Of a stretch of 64,000 bases of DNA, positions 13,062 to 29,570 are shown piece after piece; the first letter of the stretch is position 1, and each line of letters opens with the position of its first letter. The DNA lies in assembly GCF_009914755.1 (NCBI RefSeq), contig NC_060939.1; one strand, 5' to 3'. Under the pieces are notes generated by a model. The model was given only the letters and a program-made list of their open reading frames with translations, was not told the DNA's origin and ran no database searches. Source of the DNA: the human T2T-CHM13v2.0 reference genome, Homo sapiens. A program made the translations under genes and the position numbers.

Positions 13062-15281
13062 ATGGGGGATATGAAAACCCCAGATTTTGATGACCTTCTG
13101 GCTGCCTTTGACATCCCAGACCCCACCAGCCTTGATGCCAAGGAGGCCATCCAGACACCCAGTGAGGAGAATGAGAGTCCCCTCAAACCTCCAGGCATAT
13201 GTATGGATGAAAGTGTGTCCTTGTCTCACTCAGGATCAGCCCCCGATGTGCCGGCCGTGAGTGTCATTGTCAAGAACACCAGCCGCCAGGAGTCATTTGA
13301 AGCGGAGAAAGACCACATTACTCCCAGTCTCCTACACAATGGATTCCGGGGCTCAGATCTGCCTCCAGATCCCCACAACTGTGGGAAATTTGATTCTACT
13401 TTTATGAATGGAGACAGTGCCAGGAGTTTCCCTGGCAAACTGGAGCCTCCCAAGTCAGAGCCATTACCCACCTTCAACCAGTTCAGTCCAATCTCCAGCC
13501 CAGAACCTGAGGATCCCATCAAAGATAACGGATTTGGGATAAAGCCCAAACACTCTGACAGTTATTTCCCACCCCCTCTTGGGTGCGGGGCTGTGGGAGG
13601 CCCAGTCCTGGAGGCTCTGGCTAAGTTTCCGGTTCCAGAGCTGCATATGTTTGATCATTTTTGTAAGAAAGAACCCAAGCCAGAACCCCTGCCCTTGGGG
13701 AGCCAGCAGGAACACGAGCAAAGTGGGCAGAACACAGTGGAACCTCACAAGGATCCGGATGCCACTCGATTCTTCGGGGAAGCTTTGGAGTTCAACAGCC
13801 ATCCTAGCAACAGTATTGGAGAGTCCAAGGGGCTTGCCCGGGAGCTTGGTACCTGCTCATCAGTCCCCCCTAGGCAGCGTCTAAAGCCAGCTCATTCCAA
13901 GCTGTCCTCTTGTGTGGCAGCCTTGGTGGCCTTGCAGGCCAAAAGAGTGGCTAGTGTCACTAAGGAGGATCAGCCTGGCCACACAAAGGATCTCTCAGGG
14001 CCCACTAAAGAGAGTTCTAAAGGTAGCCCCAAAATGCCCAAGTCACCAAAGAGTCCCCGGAGCCCTCTGGAGGCCACTAGAAAAAGTATCAAGCCATCGG
14101 ACAGCCCTCGTAGCATCTGCAGTGACAGCAGCAGCAAAGGCTCACCGTCTGTGGCTGCCAGCTCCCCACCAGCAATTCCCAAAGTGAGAATCAAAACCAT
14201 TAAGACATCATCAGGGGAAATCAAACGGACTGTCACAAGGATCCTGCCAGATCCTGATGATCCAAGTAAGTCCCCTGTTGGGTCACCTCTAGGGAGCGCC
14301 ATTGCAGAGGCCCCCAGCGAGATGCCAGGGGATGAGGTGCCTGTGGAAGAGCACTTTCCTGAGGCAGGCACAAATTCAGGGAGCCCCCAGGGGGCCAGGA
14401 AAGGGGACGAGAGCATGACAAAGGCCAGTGACTCGTCATCTCCCAGCTGCAGTTCTGGGCCCCGGGTCCCAAAGGGGGCTGCCCCAGGCTCACAGACAGG
14501 CAAGAAGCAACAGAGCACAGCACTGCAGGCATCCACCCTGGCCCCTGCCAACCTCCTGCCCAAAGCCGTGCACTTGGCCAACCTGAACCTCGTCCCCCAC
14601 AGTGTTGCTGCATCAGTGACAGCCAAGTCTTCAGTGCAAAGACGGAGCCAGCCACAGCTTACACAAATGTCGGTGCCCCTGGTCCACCAGGTGAAAAAGG
14701 CTGCCCCACTGATTGTAGAGGTCTTCAACAAGGTCCTTCACAGCTCCAACCCCGTGCCCCTCTATGCGCCAAATCTCAGCCCGCCTGCGGACAGCAGGAT
14801 CCACGTGCCGGCCAGTGGGTACTGCTGCCTGGAGTGTGGAGACGCATTTGCCTTAGAGAAGAGCCTGAGCCAGCACTATGGCCGGCGGAGCGTCCACATT
14901 GAGGTACTGTGCACACTGTGCTCCAAGACGCTGCTCTTCTTCAACAAGTGCAGCCTGCTCCGGCACGCCCGTGACCACAAGAGCAAGGGGCTCGTCATGC
15001 AGTGTTCCCAGCTGCTGGTGAAGCCTATCTCTGCGGACCAAATGTTCGTGTCGGCCCCTGTGAACTCCACGGCACCAGCAGCCCCAGCCCCTTCATCCTC
15101 TCCCAAACATGGCCTCACTTCGGGCAGTGCCAGTCCCCCTCCTCCAGCCTTGCCACTCTACCCAGACCCTGTGAGGCTCATCCGGTACTCAATCAAGTGT
15201 CTTGAATGTCACAAGCAGATGCGGGACTACATGGTCCTGGCTGCACATTTCCAGAGGACAACAGAGGAGACAGAGGGGCTG
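13062..15281 (+). CDS. ZNF592: ZNF592 first coding exon (exon 13043-15281; aa 1-740): conserved N-terminus [22 protein letters not shown]-rich region, first C2H2-like fingers
   Basis: Acceptor tttctgttacag at 13042; Kozak GCCATGG at 13062; open frame (ORF 13008-15338); donor CTG|gtaagc at 15281/15282. N-terminus is diagnostic of the ZNF532/592/687 family. Confidence 0.98.
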
Positions 15282-15698
15282 GTAAGCAGACCCTCACTGT
15301 TACGGGTATCGGGCCCCTGGCTCACACAGGTTCCATGACTGGGCATGGAGAGGAAAGCTCATTGATATGGGGGCAGTGGTGGAATCTTATGAGTCTTAGA
15401 AGAGGATGTCTGCCTGAATATTTAGTGTTTGGTGTTTGTTGGAAAAGGTGTCCTGCCCATACTGAGGTGAGACCCTAATTTAGCAAGTGTATTTACGGAC
15501 GTGTCCCGTGTTCCACTCAACTTCCCCTCAAAGGGTCTGTCAAGGCCCAGTGTCAGGCCCGAGATAGGTCTTTACTGGATGATCTCCCTCTGGTCTCTGG
15601 CAGGTGTCAGCACAGTCTTAGCATGTGACCAAGGAACTTGGGGACAGAGATAGGTGAGTCACTGCCCCTGCACCTCAGTCTGTTCTAAGAACTTTGTC

Positions 15699-16103
<405 letters not shown>

Positions 16104-17186
16104 TAGGAGGAAGGAGAGTGGACAGACATGTGGGGCCTGTGGCAGAGGTTTATGGAGCCTCCTTCTTTCAACTGCGTTCTCACCACTCCAGGAAAGCAAC
16201 TGTGCTTGTCTGCTTGTTTTGATTCTTGGTTATGCTTGATGAGATTCATTTAAAAAAAAAAAAAAAGCCTTCTGCGCTGAGAATACCCTTTGGCACCTTC
16301 TGTGTCTATGTTATGTGTTAGTGGTTTCTCTGAAGAAAGAGGCCTCCAGAAGGTGGTTCTCTTCATGACATAGCCAGACCCACCCCTCATGGTGCTTCCC
16401 TAAGCTGGTGCTACAGAGGCCTGGGAGGAAAGTAAAACAGCTCTTTTTGCTTCAGTTCAGCCAGGGTTCTGTGCATGTGTTGGTAGCTGTTGAGCTTTGC
16501 ATGTGTTCCCTGAGTGCCCACTGTGCATGGGCTGGGGGTCTATGCCAACCAGGGGATGCCGGCAGAAGGGAGTCTAACCTTCAGGAGCTTACAGTGGCCT
16601 AGCAAGGGCAGTGGTCACCACCCAAACAGCTACAGTATATGGCCAACTGAGAGTGGGGCTAAACCAAGGTTATAAACTTAGTTGCGCAGAGTGCCCCAGA
16701 GGGACTAATTCATGATGACTCCATGCGTAAGGAAGATGCTGTGTGGAGGTGAAATTTAAGTTGGGCTTGCAAGGATGAGTTTGGAGGAGTAGGAGGGGCA
16801 AGGGTGTTTTGAGTATAGGGAGCAAAGGAATATGAGAGTGCAGAGTGGGTTTGAAGAAGAGGACATTGTTATGCATGAGGCTGGTCTTGGAAATATTAGG
16901 GTAGAGGTCAGAGGTTGAGTTTGGCGGGCCTGTAGGGCTTCTGCAGAGGACTCAGCCCCCCAAAGGGGCCAGAAGGTGCTATAGGATCCCACTGTGGCCT
17001 TTCATCTCCTCCTGCTCTGTTTCAGTTTGCATTTTTCTTCTGATGCGTCAGATGGGGTGTGGGCACTCTGGGTCTCTTCCCCTGGGGCTTCAGTGTTCTT
17101 GCTGCCCCAGCATGGTTGAGTTGGGCCAGGTTTACTTTATCTGAGTCAAGGGGCCATGAGGAGGCCCCATGGCAGTGGAGGTCTGA

Positions 17187-17537
<351 letters not shown>

Positions 17538-18069
17538 CCTTGTGCATCTTCTAAAATTTGAGTAGGCAGAGGTCTGGGTGTAGGATCCCAGGCTGGCATG
17601 GCACCTTTCTCATCTTACATCCTCTCTGTGTCATTCTGCCCTAGTGGGAGCTGGAGAAGAGCACCCGCCGACAGGAAGGGAAGGAGTGCACAGAAGGCTA
17701 TCAGGCCTCTCTCAGCCAGCTCCAAATCCCTCACAAAATCTCATGCCACTCATTGTGGCTTCTGAGTCTCAGGGAAAGGGTGAGCCCTGAGCTATGGGAT
17801 TAAAAACTAGGCTTGATGGCTGCTGGGCTTGGGTTTTCCACAGGACAGTATCTAGCTTCAGCCCATGTGTCCAGGGCAGGGGGTGGACAGATAGTTGGGT
17901 TCCACACCACAGCAGGGACTGTGGGAACAGCATCGGTTTGGGATTTCCATCTTCTTCCTGGGAGTCTGCCCCTGAATGGAGCATGCCTCCCTCTGCAGTG
18001 ACCCAGGGAGTTCTTTCATCCTTCCTCTTGCTTTCCAAGCCACGCTGTTGGGGCAGGATGTCAGCCAGA

Positions 18070-20160
<2,091 letters not shown>

Positions 20161-21089
20161 TCTATATCCCTCTAGTCAGCTCCTCTGACCCCACATCAGT
20201 GGCCACCTCTGTGAGTAGGACAGGTGTCCCCTTTACTAAGAAGTTAAGAAGGGCCTCTCCAGCATGCAGGCACCAGCGAAGTCTTTTACTTTTTCCCTCT
20301 GGGCTGGCTGCTTGTCAGAGCTCTGCCCATCAGAGCGTAATTAGTCTGGTTGTAGTACTTGTACTTCCCCTGGTTTTCTCCTGGGGCTGGGAACAAAGGA
20401 GCTGCTACCTAATCTGCCCTTGTCTGTGGGTATGTTTGCTTAGCTGTGGCTCAGGGAACCCCCGCCACCCATCCCACCCCCCAACCCCCACCCCCGCAAC
20501 TCTCCTAACCTGCAGAGTGGGCAAACAGGGCTAGAGCAATGGAAACTGACAAGACCACTCAGTCAGTCTTTATTGAGAGCCTTCTGAGTACCAATCAGGG
20601 TGGTCTCAGATCCACTTTGGAAGTCACTGATCCACCTGACTCGAGGTGCTGAGCAGGTCTCTACCAGGCCAATGTTGGGGGTAGATGGCAAGAACTGCCT
20701 CTACTGAGCTGTGACAGAGACCCTGGTGGGTCTAGCAGTGCAGTGAGGTCTTAGAATTCAAGATGTGCTTTAGGCCTCTGCAAAGGAAAAGCTGGTCCTC
20801 TGCTAAGCCACAGGAAAGAAACACAGTCCTGGGGCGGAACTGGTCTTTGAGAGAATAGGGTCAGGTCTGTCTCTGATTAATAGGGTGTCAGACAAAGCTT
20901 GCTTGGGTATCAGTATCAGCACTGGAAATGAGGTCTAGGGGTGTCAGAAGTGTCCAGGAGAGTTGGAAGAGAGAGTGGTTGGGGGAAGGGGTTATTCTGA
21001 CCCATGTACTAGCAAACCAGACAGCCCTGATTGGAGAGCCACAGGCCTATGGCCCCTGCATGATCTGCTTTCTTGGTGTTCTTTCCTAG

Positions 21090-21268
21090 ACCTGCCAGGT
21101 ATGCCAGATGCTGCTGCCCAACCAGTGCAGTTTCTGTGCCCACCAGCGGATTCATGCACACAAGTCCCCCTACTGCTGCCCGGAGTGTGGGGTCCTCTGC
21201 CGCTCTGCCTACTTCCAGACCCATGTAAAGGAGAATTGCCTGCACTATGCCCGCAAGGTGGGCTACAG
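21090..21268 (+). CDS. ZNF592: ZNF592 coding exon 2 ([22 protein letters not shown]...KVGY), C2H2 fingers
   Basis: Acceptor ctttcctag|ACC, donor AG|gtgggt, 179 nt, phase 0 to 2. Confidence 0.96.
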
Positions 21269-21974
21269 GTGGGTGCTGCCTGGCTTGCTGTCCTGGTATT
21301 GCCCAATGGCTGGTCCTTTTCCTAAGCCAGAACTCATTTCAGATAGTTTTGGTCTTAAGAGGCTTGGGTTCCAGTCTACACAGGACAAGAGCATTGGATG
21401 GTATGTGGACAGACATTTTTTATTTGGTAGCAGACAGGAAGAACAAGAGAGAGAAGAATAAGGAGTTTTAAAAACTTAAATATTAAAAAATTAGCTTTGA
21501 AGTTTTGGGGAGATTAGACATATAATACTTTGTCTATTTGGTTTTAAAACGTATGTAAGTTTAATTTGCTCACCAAGTTATGTTTGGCACATTAAATGTA
21601 AAGTGCTGTTTCAATAATGAATGTACTAATTACAGTACTTGGAAATGTTTGCAGGTTTTAACAAATGGGGCTGCAAGATGCCAAACTCAAAGGGCTTTAG
21701 TATCTTTCTTTTTGTTAATTTTTGTCAGTTTGTGGCAAAATGGGCAAAACCTGAGACTGGAAAAAAGGATCAGCCTCTTGGTAAAACCAAGAAAACTCTT
21801 ATTTTCAATGGAATTTCCTCCTTTGTGTCAAACATAAGCAAGAAGTCATTTTCAGGGAAAAGATCAAAGTGAGGGAAAAAACTTCCCTCTAGAGCTCATT
21901 GATCTGTAAGTTGTTTTCTGCTCTTTGGCATTAAATTTTTTTTTTTGGTTTTAGTTCATTTGACTTTTTTGTGT

Positions 21975-22830
21975 GTACTTATTATTGTCTTCAGCATTGT
22001 GTTAGACACTCAGGATACAAAAATGATTAAGACACAGCCCTTGCCCTGGTAGGTTACAAACATAAGAACATAGGTAATTATAACCCAGAGTGCTAAGTCC
22101 CACAACAGAGAAATGGTCAGGAAAGCTTCCTAAAGGAGATATTAGGAGATTTTCAGACAAAAGAAGGGGAAACCATACCTGGCAAGGGCCTGACCAGGAA
22201 TAACAGCATACACAAAAGAGGTGTCAGGAATGATGAGTATGGTTGTATAGAGGAATGTCAGGATGAATTGTGGGAGTGGGGAGAAATGAGACTAGGGAGT
22301 TGGCAGAGGTCAGACCATGCAAGACCTTGTATTTCTTGGCAGACATTTGGACTTTATCCAATGGACAGTGAGGAGCTACAGAAATATTTGCAGTAGGGGA
22401 GTGATTTGGCTAGTATATTTTAGAAAGATCATTCTGGGAAGCGAACACATATATTAGTGAGGAGAGAGACTGAAGACTTCTTGAAAGGCAAGTATGATGG
22501 TCCAGATGAGATGCTGAGGGCTTCACTGAAGGCATGATCGTGGGAATGGAGAGAAGGTAGATTTGACAGGGGTTTAGGAAGAAGCATCAAGATTTGACAA
22601 TAGCTTTTATATGGAATGAGGGATGAGGAGTTTGGCAGAGGCGAGGCTAGGCCATGCAAGACCTTATATTTCTTGGCAGGCATTTGGACATTTTCCAGCG
22701 GACATTGAGGAGCTACAGAAGGATTTGCAGCAGGGCAGTAATCTGGCTAGTATGTTTTAGAAAGATCATTCTGGGAAGCTAACACGTATATTAAAGTTTT
22801 GCAATGACTCCCACATTTCTGTCTTGGGGT
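21975..22830 (-). mobile_element. L2 fragment containing an internal ~160-bp duplication
   Basis: Antisense L2 text; duplicated segments 22296-22456 and 22627-22793. Confidence 0.6.
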
Positions 22831-22847
22831 AAACATTTTATTTGTAT

Positions 22848-23762
22848 ATTTTTTTGAGACAGTGTCTCACTGTCACCCAGGCTGGAGGGCAGTGGTGTGA
22901 TCGTGGCTCACTGCAGCCTTGACCTCCTGAGCTCAGGTGATCCTCCCATCTCGGCCTCCCAGGTAGCTGGGACTACAGGCACGCACTGCCATGCCTGGCT
23001 AACTTTTTGTGCTTTTTGTAGAGAGAGGGTTTCACCATGTTGCCCAGGCTGGTCACATAACTCCTGGGCTCAAGCGATCCTCCCACCTCAACTCCCCGAA
23101 GTGTTGGGATTACAGGCGTGAGCCACCGTGCCTGGCATTATAAACATTTAAAAATGTAGACTGATTTCTTTTTCATCTTATGGAGGATGGAGTATCTAAA
23201 GTACATTAAAAACAAGACAAACCTAAGACAGGATTATACAAAGCACTTACCACCAAGTTGCTGAGGAGCATTGCTTGGCAGCATCCCAGGCTATATTTTA
23301 AACCAAACATCTGAATATGTTTTTACAGTATCCTGTAACACTTAAAAATACCTTTCTAGCCTTGATTTAAGTGTATGCTGCTTGTTCTAAGATCAAATCC
23401 AATCCAATAGTAATACAATCAACACTTAAATATTTATCTTTGAATCTTGAATCCAAGAAAAAAATTTTTTTTTTTTTTAAAGATGGAGTCTCGCTGTGTC
23501 ACCCAGGCTGGAGTGCAGTGGCAGCATCTTGGCTTACTGCAATCTCCACCTCTCGAGTTCAAGCAATTCTCCTGCCTCAGCTTCCTGAGTAGCTGGGATT
23601 ATAGGCATGTGCCACCACGCTTGGCTAATTTTTGTATTTTTAGTAGAGATGGGGTTTCACCATGATGGCCAGGCTGGTCTCAAACTCCTGACCTCAGGTG
23701 ATCCACCTGGCTTGGCCTCCCAAAGTGCTGGGACTACAGGCATGAGCCACTGCACCTGGCCC
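22848..23762 (-). mobile_element. Two antisense Alus (AluJ ~22848-23136; AluS ~23464-23762)
   Basis: Alu dimers. Confidence 0.88.
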
Positions 23763-24441
23763 AAGAAATGTTTAATTGTACGGATGGATTAATACTTTTC
23801 ATTTTTAATTACATATTTTCTTACGTACAAGTAAAAAGAAATGTCTCAAAAGCAGTTCAGTTTATCAAACCTTTTTGTAAGGAATGCCAGACCAAATGAA
23901 TTGTGACTCAGCGAAAGGGATTACTGAAGATAGCGATATTAAAATTTTCAGTGATCTGCGGTTGAAGTCAGAAGACATACACAACACTACAGTGTTCATA
24001 ACAGAGTTGTGCAATCACTACAAACAATTTTAGAGCATTTTTACTATCCAAGAAGAAACCTCATATCCACCACTTCTTTCTTCCCCCCTAGCCCTAGGCA
24101 ATCGCTAATTTACTTTCTGTCTCATAGCTCTTCTGGACATGTCATATAAGTGGAATTATGTAATATTATTAGCATATTTGCAAGGTTCATCCATGTTGTA
24201 GCATATATCAGTATTTCATTCCTTATTATGGCTGAGATTCCATTGCGGGGATACACCATGTTTTGTTTATCCATTTGTCAGCTGATGGACCTTTGGGTTG
24301 GTTTCCCCTTTTGGCTTCATGAATAATGAATAATATGAATAATGCTGCTGAAGAACATTCATGTACAAGTTATCATGTGGACATGTTTTCAGTTGCTTTG
24401 GATACCTAGGAGTAGAATAGCTGGGTCAAATAGTAACTCTG

Positions 24442-24643
24442 TAGGGAGGGGAACATCACACACTGGGGCCTGTCAGCGGGTGGGGGGCTAGGGGAGGGAT
24501 AGCATTAGGAGAAATACCTAATGTAGAAGACGGGTTGATGGGTGCAGCAAACCACCATGGCACGTGTATACCTATGTAACAAACCTGCACATTCTGCACA
24601 TGTATCCCCAAACTTAAAATATAATTTTAAAAGAGGAAAAAAA
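24442..24643 (+). mobile_element. 5'-truncated L1PA 3'UTR inserted in an older antisense L1M (~23990-25330, also interrupted by Alu ~24867-25161)
   Basis: ggggaacatcacacactggggcctgtc...atagcattaggagaaatacctaatgtag...cctatgtaacaaacctgcac; TSD tagtaactctg at 24431-24441 and 24645-24655. Confidence 0.85.
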
Positions 24644-26260
24644 GTAGTAACTCTGATTAACTTTTTGAGAAACTGTCAGACTATTTTCCAAAGTGACTGC
24701 AGCGTTTTTACATCCCCACCAGCAGTGTATCTAGGTTTTGATTTCTGTACACCCTTGCCAACACTTGTTATTGTCTTTTTGATTGTAACCATCCTTATGG
24801 GTGTGAAATGGTATCTTGTTTCCCTGATGGTTAACGGTGTTGATCATGTGCTTATTGGACTCCAACTTTTTTTTTTTTTTGAGACAGTCTTACTCTGTTG
24901 ACCAGGCTGGAGTGCAGTGGCGCTATCTCAGCTCACTGCAACCTCCGCCACCCCGGGTTCAAGCACTTCTCCCACCTCAGCCTCCTGAATAGCTGGGATT
25001 ACAGACGCCCACCACCATTCCTGGCTAATTTTTGTATTTTTAGTAGAGACGGGGTTTCACCATTTTGGTCAGGCTGGTCTTGAACTCCTGACCTCAGGTG
25101 ATCCACCGACCTCAGCCTCCCAAAGTGCTGGGATTACAGACGTGAGCCACTGCTCCCGGCCTGGACTCCATCTTCTTTGGAGAAATGTCTGTTCAGATAA
25201 TTTGCCCACTTCTGAATTGGGTTATTTGACATCTTATAATTGAGTTGTAAGAGTTTTTTATATCTTCTGAATACAAGTTACTTGTCAGATTTGCAAATAT
25301 TTTCTCCCATTCTGTGGATGTTAATTTTTTTAGTAAATTCTCAAGATACCTATGTTCCATTTTATTGAACTCTACTACAGAGTTTTACAATATTATTTTA
25401 TGTTTTGTATTATTTTTGCTTTTACTTGATAATGTAAAAAGCCTATATATGGTTATTTATATAATATATAAGTATATAAAATTTATATGTATTTTATGTA
25501 AAATATGCATACACATATATTTCAGAATTTCATAAATTATTCTGTTCTTTATTAATAATTTGGAGAATGGCTAATGATGTCATAAGGATGCAAGTTTAGA
25601 CTGTTTTAATGTTATTTTCTTATTTGTGATTATTAAAGTTAAATATGTTGTTTATTATCTTTTCTAAAACTACATATTTCACAACATATGATTCCATAAT
25701 TGTCTATCTCGTCTTAAAAAACTGTGGTCAAGTGCGGTGTCATATGGTTGGCACTCTTTTCTGCATACTTTCTCATCAACTTGTAAACACCATTGGATTC
25801 AGTCCTTCATTGAGGATACTTTGCATGTGTTCTTACTTTCAATGAGGTTTCTCAAAGAAATGTCTACCAGATACATAGAAGGAGTTTTCAGTAGCATTCG
25901 AAAAGAATGTATTTCTACTATTTCTGCAGGAGTTTGGTCAAATGGCACAAATAAAGCCACTTAAGAGATTCTTTACACATATCAGATGTACTTGGCCACT
26001 TTGGATGAATGTGGAATTATGTGCTTTTTTCTCCTCATAATACTTTGTAGTGTGGAAATACTTCTGTGTGCTAGAAGTTGGTTTCACTCTTCTGTTTAGC
26101 AGGAGAGAAAGGAAAATTAAGTAAGTAACTTGAATAGAAACCCTAATTTAAAGCATATACAAATGTAGTAATGAATGCTCTGTGGAGTTCATCACAAAAA
26201 GCTTTCTGGTTCCGTGGGCTGCTCTTCATTGCTAATTAAATTTTCGAAGGTGATTCTCTA

Positions 26261-26681
<421 letters not shown>

Positions 26682-27179
26682 TCAAATAATTCTTAAATGA
26701 AGGCACGCCTTTTATTTTAGCAAAGCACCTGCCTCTCTTTAGTGCCTATGGGGATGTCAATAATATGAGGGCAGACAGTATTGCAACAAAAGGAAGATAA
26801 AAAGGAAGAGCAGAGAGGGAAAAGATGTTTTGTCATGTAGGGGAGACCTATGTGTGTTCTTGGGCAGGAGGAAAGACTGAACACAGGAGAGGGACTAGTA
26901 ATCTTATGGATGCAGGTTGGCATGGAGGAAGGTCATATTATTCTCTGATATCGATAAAAGGAAAGGCAGTATTTATAGAGAGATGTTGTGAAGTTGAAAC
27001 AAGTTCCATACGGCCTCAATTTCAGAAAAATGGTTTAAGACAATTGTTTATCTTATTTATGCATTGTAAAAAAAAAATCCACCAAATAAACTCAGAAAAT
27101 ACAAATTGGTAGGGAGAAAAAAAAATGAAAAGTTATCCCCATAGTTCCACCAGGAAGACATCACAGCACTTTTGAGCTG

Positions 27180-27672
<493 letters not shown>

Positions 27673-28228
27673 TATAGAGTATTTCTTCCTGGGCTTTAAG
27701 GGTTTTTTTAATGTAGTTGTTGTTTTGGTGACCATAGCATTGCCTGACTGTATGTTTTGTTAAGTGGTCATCCCTACTTACTCATACCAGCCTGTGGGAA
27801 GGCATGGGCTTTGTGCAGCCTCCTTCGGAAATTCTTGGACTTCTACAGTTGCCTCACACTTAAATACTGTTTATGCCATTATTGAACCATTTTCTTCCCT
27901 CTCCACTTCCACCAACTTCTCTTAGGTAGGCTCAGGTTTTTGGTTTGCAGAATATCCTCTGGCCAGTGCAGGGAAGGTTGGGGTTTCTCCCTTCTGTACA
28001 AGGCGTGGCCTTGGGCTTGGGGGCCACTGTGTGGCCACATTGTGCTAGACTGTAGCAAGCAGACCCTCAGGACGTACTTGTCAAGGGTGGAAGTCCAAGT
28101 GATTGAGGGAGGGAGAAGGTGCCTGGATAGTTCTGTTCCTCTTCTCCATCCCTCCTCTTGCAGCACCACCTCTGGGTCCAGTACTCCCTATACTCCACCC
28201 ACACTCACACTACCCCACTTCTGTCTAG

Positions 28229-28405
28229 GTGCATCCACTGTGGTGTCGTCCACCTGACCTTGGCCTTGCTGAAAAGCCACATCCAGGAGCGACACTGCCA
28301 GGTTTTCCACAAATGTGCATTCTGCCCCATGGCCTTCAAGACTGCCAGCAGCACTGCAGACCACAGTGCCACCCAGCACCCCACCCAGCCCCACAGACCC
28401 TCCCA
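28229..28405 (+). CDS. ZNF592: ZNF592 coding exon 3 (RCIHCGVVH...HRPS), C2H2 fingers
   Basis: ctgtctag|G acceptor, CA|gtgagt donor, 177 nt, phase 2 to 2. Confidence 0.96.
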
Positions 28406-28674
28406 GTGAGTGCAGCTCCAGGGCCAGCAGGCCCTGTGGAGCAGAGAGGAGTAGCCTGGGTGCTGTAGGGGGTGGCATAGGGATGGGTGAGGGAGCTGGG
28501 GTTAGTGGCAGAGGTGCCTGGGGTCGTACTAAGGATGTCCTGAGGCAGGGGAGCATCCACATTGGCTCAGGGTAGTGCTTTCCCAAACTTGACCCTGGTT
28601 CAGAGAGAGCAGAGATGGGTGGAGGGGCTGCATGGTGCCTTGGCCACCTCACCCCCTAGGGCTTGTCTCATCAG

Positions 28675-28834
28675 GCTCATTTATAAGTGCTCCTGTGAAA
28701 TGGTCTTCAACAAGAAGAGGCACATTCAGCAGCATTTTTACCAGAATGTCAGCAAGACGCAGGTGGGCGTCTTCAAGTGCCCTGAGTGCCCACTCTTGTT
28801 CGTGCAGAAGCCGGAGTTGATGCAACACGTCAAG
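28675..28834 (+). CDS. ZNF592: ZNF592 coding exon 4 ([10 protein letters not shown]...[19 protein letters not shown])
   Basis: tctcatcag|G acceptor, AAG|gtggga donor, 160 nt, phase 2 to 0. Confidence 0.95.
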
Positions 28835-28947
28835 GTGGGATGCCTTGCGGGAGGAGGCCGGGGAGGAGGGCACATGCCTCAGGCTGGGGGTCTGACTCTG
28901 TGCATCTTTCCCCTTGCCCAGTCAGTAATCGCTCTCCCCATCCCCAG

Positions 28948-29235
28948 AGCACCCACGGTGTTCCCCGAAATGTGGACGAGCTGTCAAACCTCCAGTCTTC
29001 AGCGGACACATCCTCAAGCCGCCCTGGCTCTCGAGTTCCCACTGAGCCACCAGCCACTAGTGTGGCTGCTCGGAGCAGCTCCCTGCCTTCTGGCCGCTGG
29101 GGTAGGCCTGAAGCCCACCGCAGGGTGGAAGCCAGGCCGCGGCTGAGGAACACTGGCTGGACCTGCCAGGAGTGCCAGGAGTGGGTTCCAGATCGGGAGA
29201 GCTACGTGTCCCACATGAAAAAGAGCCACGGTCGG
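28948..29235 (+). CDS. ZNF592: ZNF592 coding exon 5 (STHGVPRN...[24 protein letters not shown])
   Basis: ccccag|AGC acceptor, CGG|gtaagt donor, 288 nt, phase 0 to 0. Confidence 0.96.
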
Positions 29236-29457
29236 GTAAGTGCAGCCACACAGTCATAATGCAGAGCCCAGTCCTCTGGACTTCCTTCTGTGAAGCCAGA
29301 ACCCCTAGGGTTCCTGGTGCTTAGGGCAGGGTGGGTACCACAGATCTTGAGGTCTTCGGGAGTATCCTCCTTTCTGCCCATGGCATCTGAGAAGAAAAAT
29401 GCACCCAGAACTATCTTACAGTTCTGATGCTTTGTGTGTTGCCACCTCCTTCCTTAG

Positions 29458-29570
29458 ACATTGAAGCGGTACCCATGCCGGCAGTGTGAACAGTCCTTCC
29501 ACACCCCCAACAGCCTGCGCAAACACATCCGCAACAACCATGACACAGTAAAGAAGTTCTACACCTGCGG
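29458..29570 (+). CDS. ZNF592: ZNF592 coding exon 6 ([28 protein letters not shown]...YTC)
   Basis: tccttag|ACA acceptor, GG|gtgagt donor, 113 nt, canonical C2H2 finger; too short to appear in the ORF track. Confidence 0.95.

Noticed and set aside
13970-14731. 253-aa minus-strand ORF and other ORFs overlapping ZNF592 exons
   Set aside because: Antisense shadows of a GC-rich coding exon; no domain, Kozak or splice support
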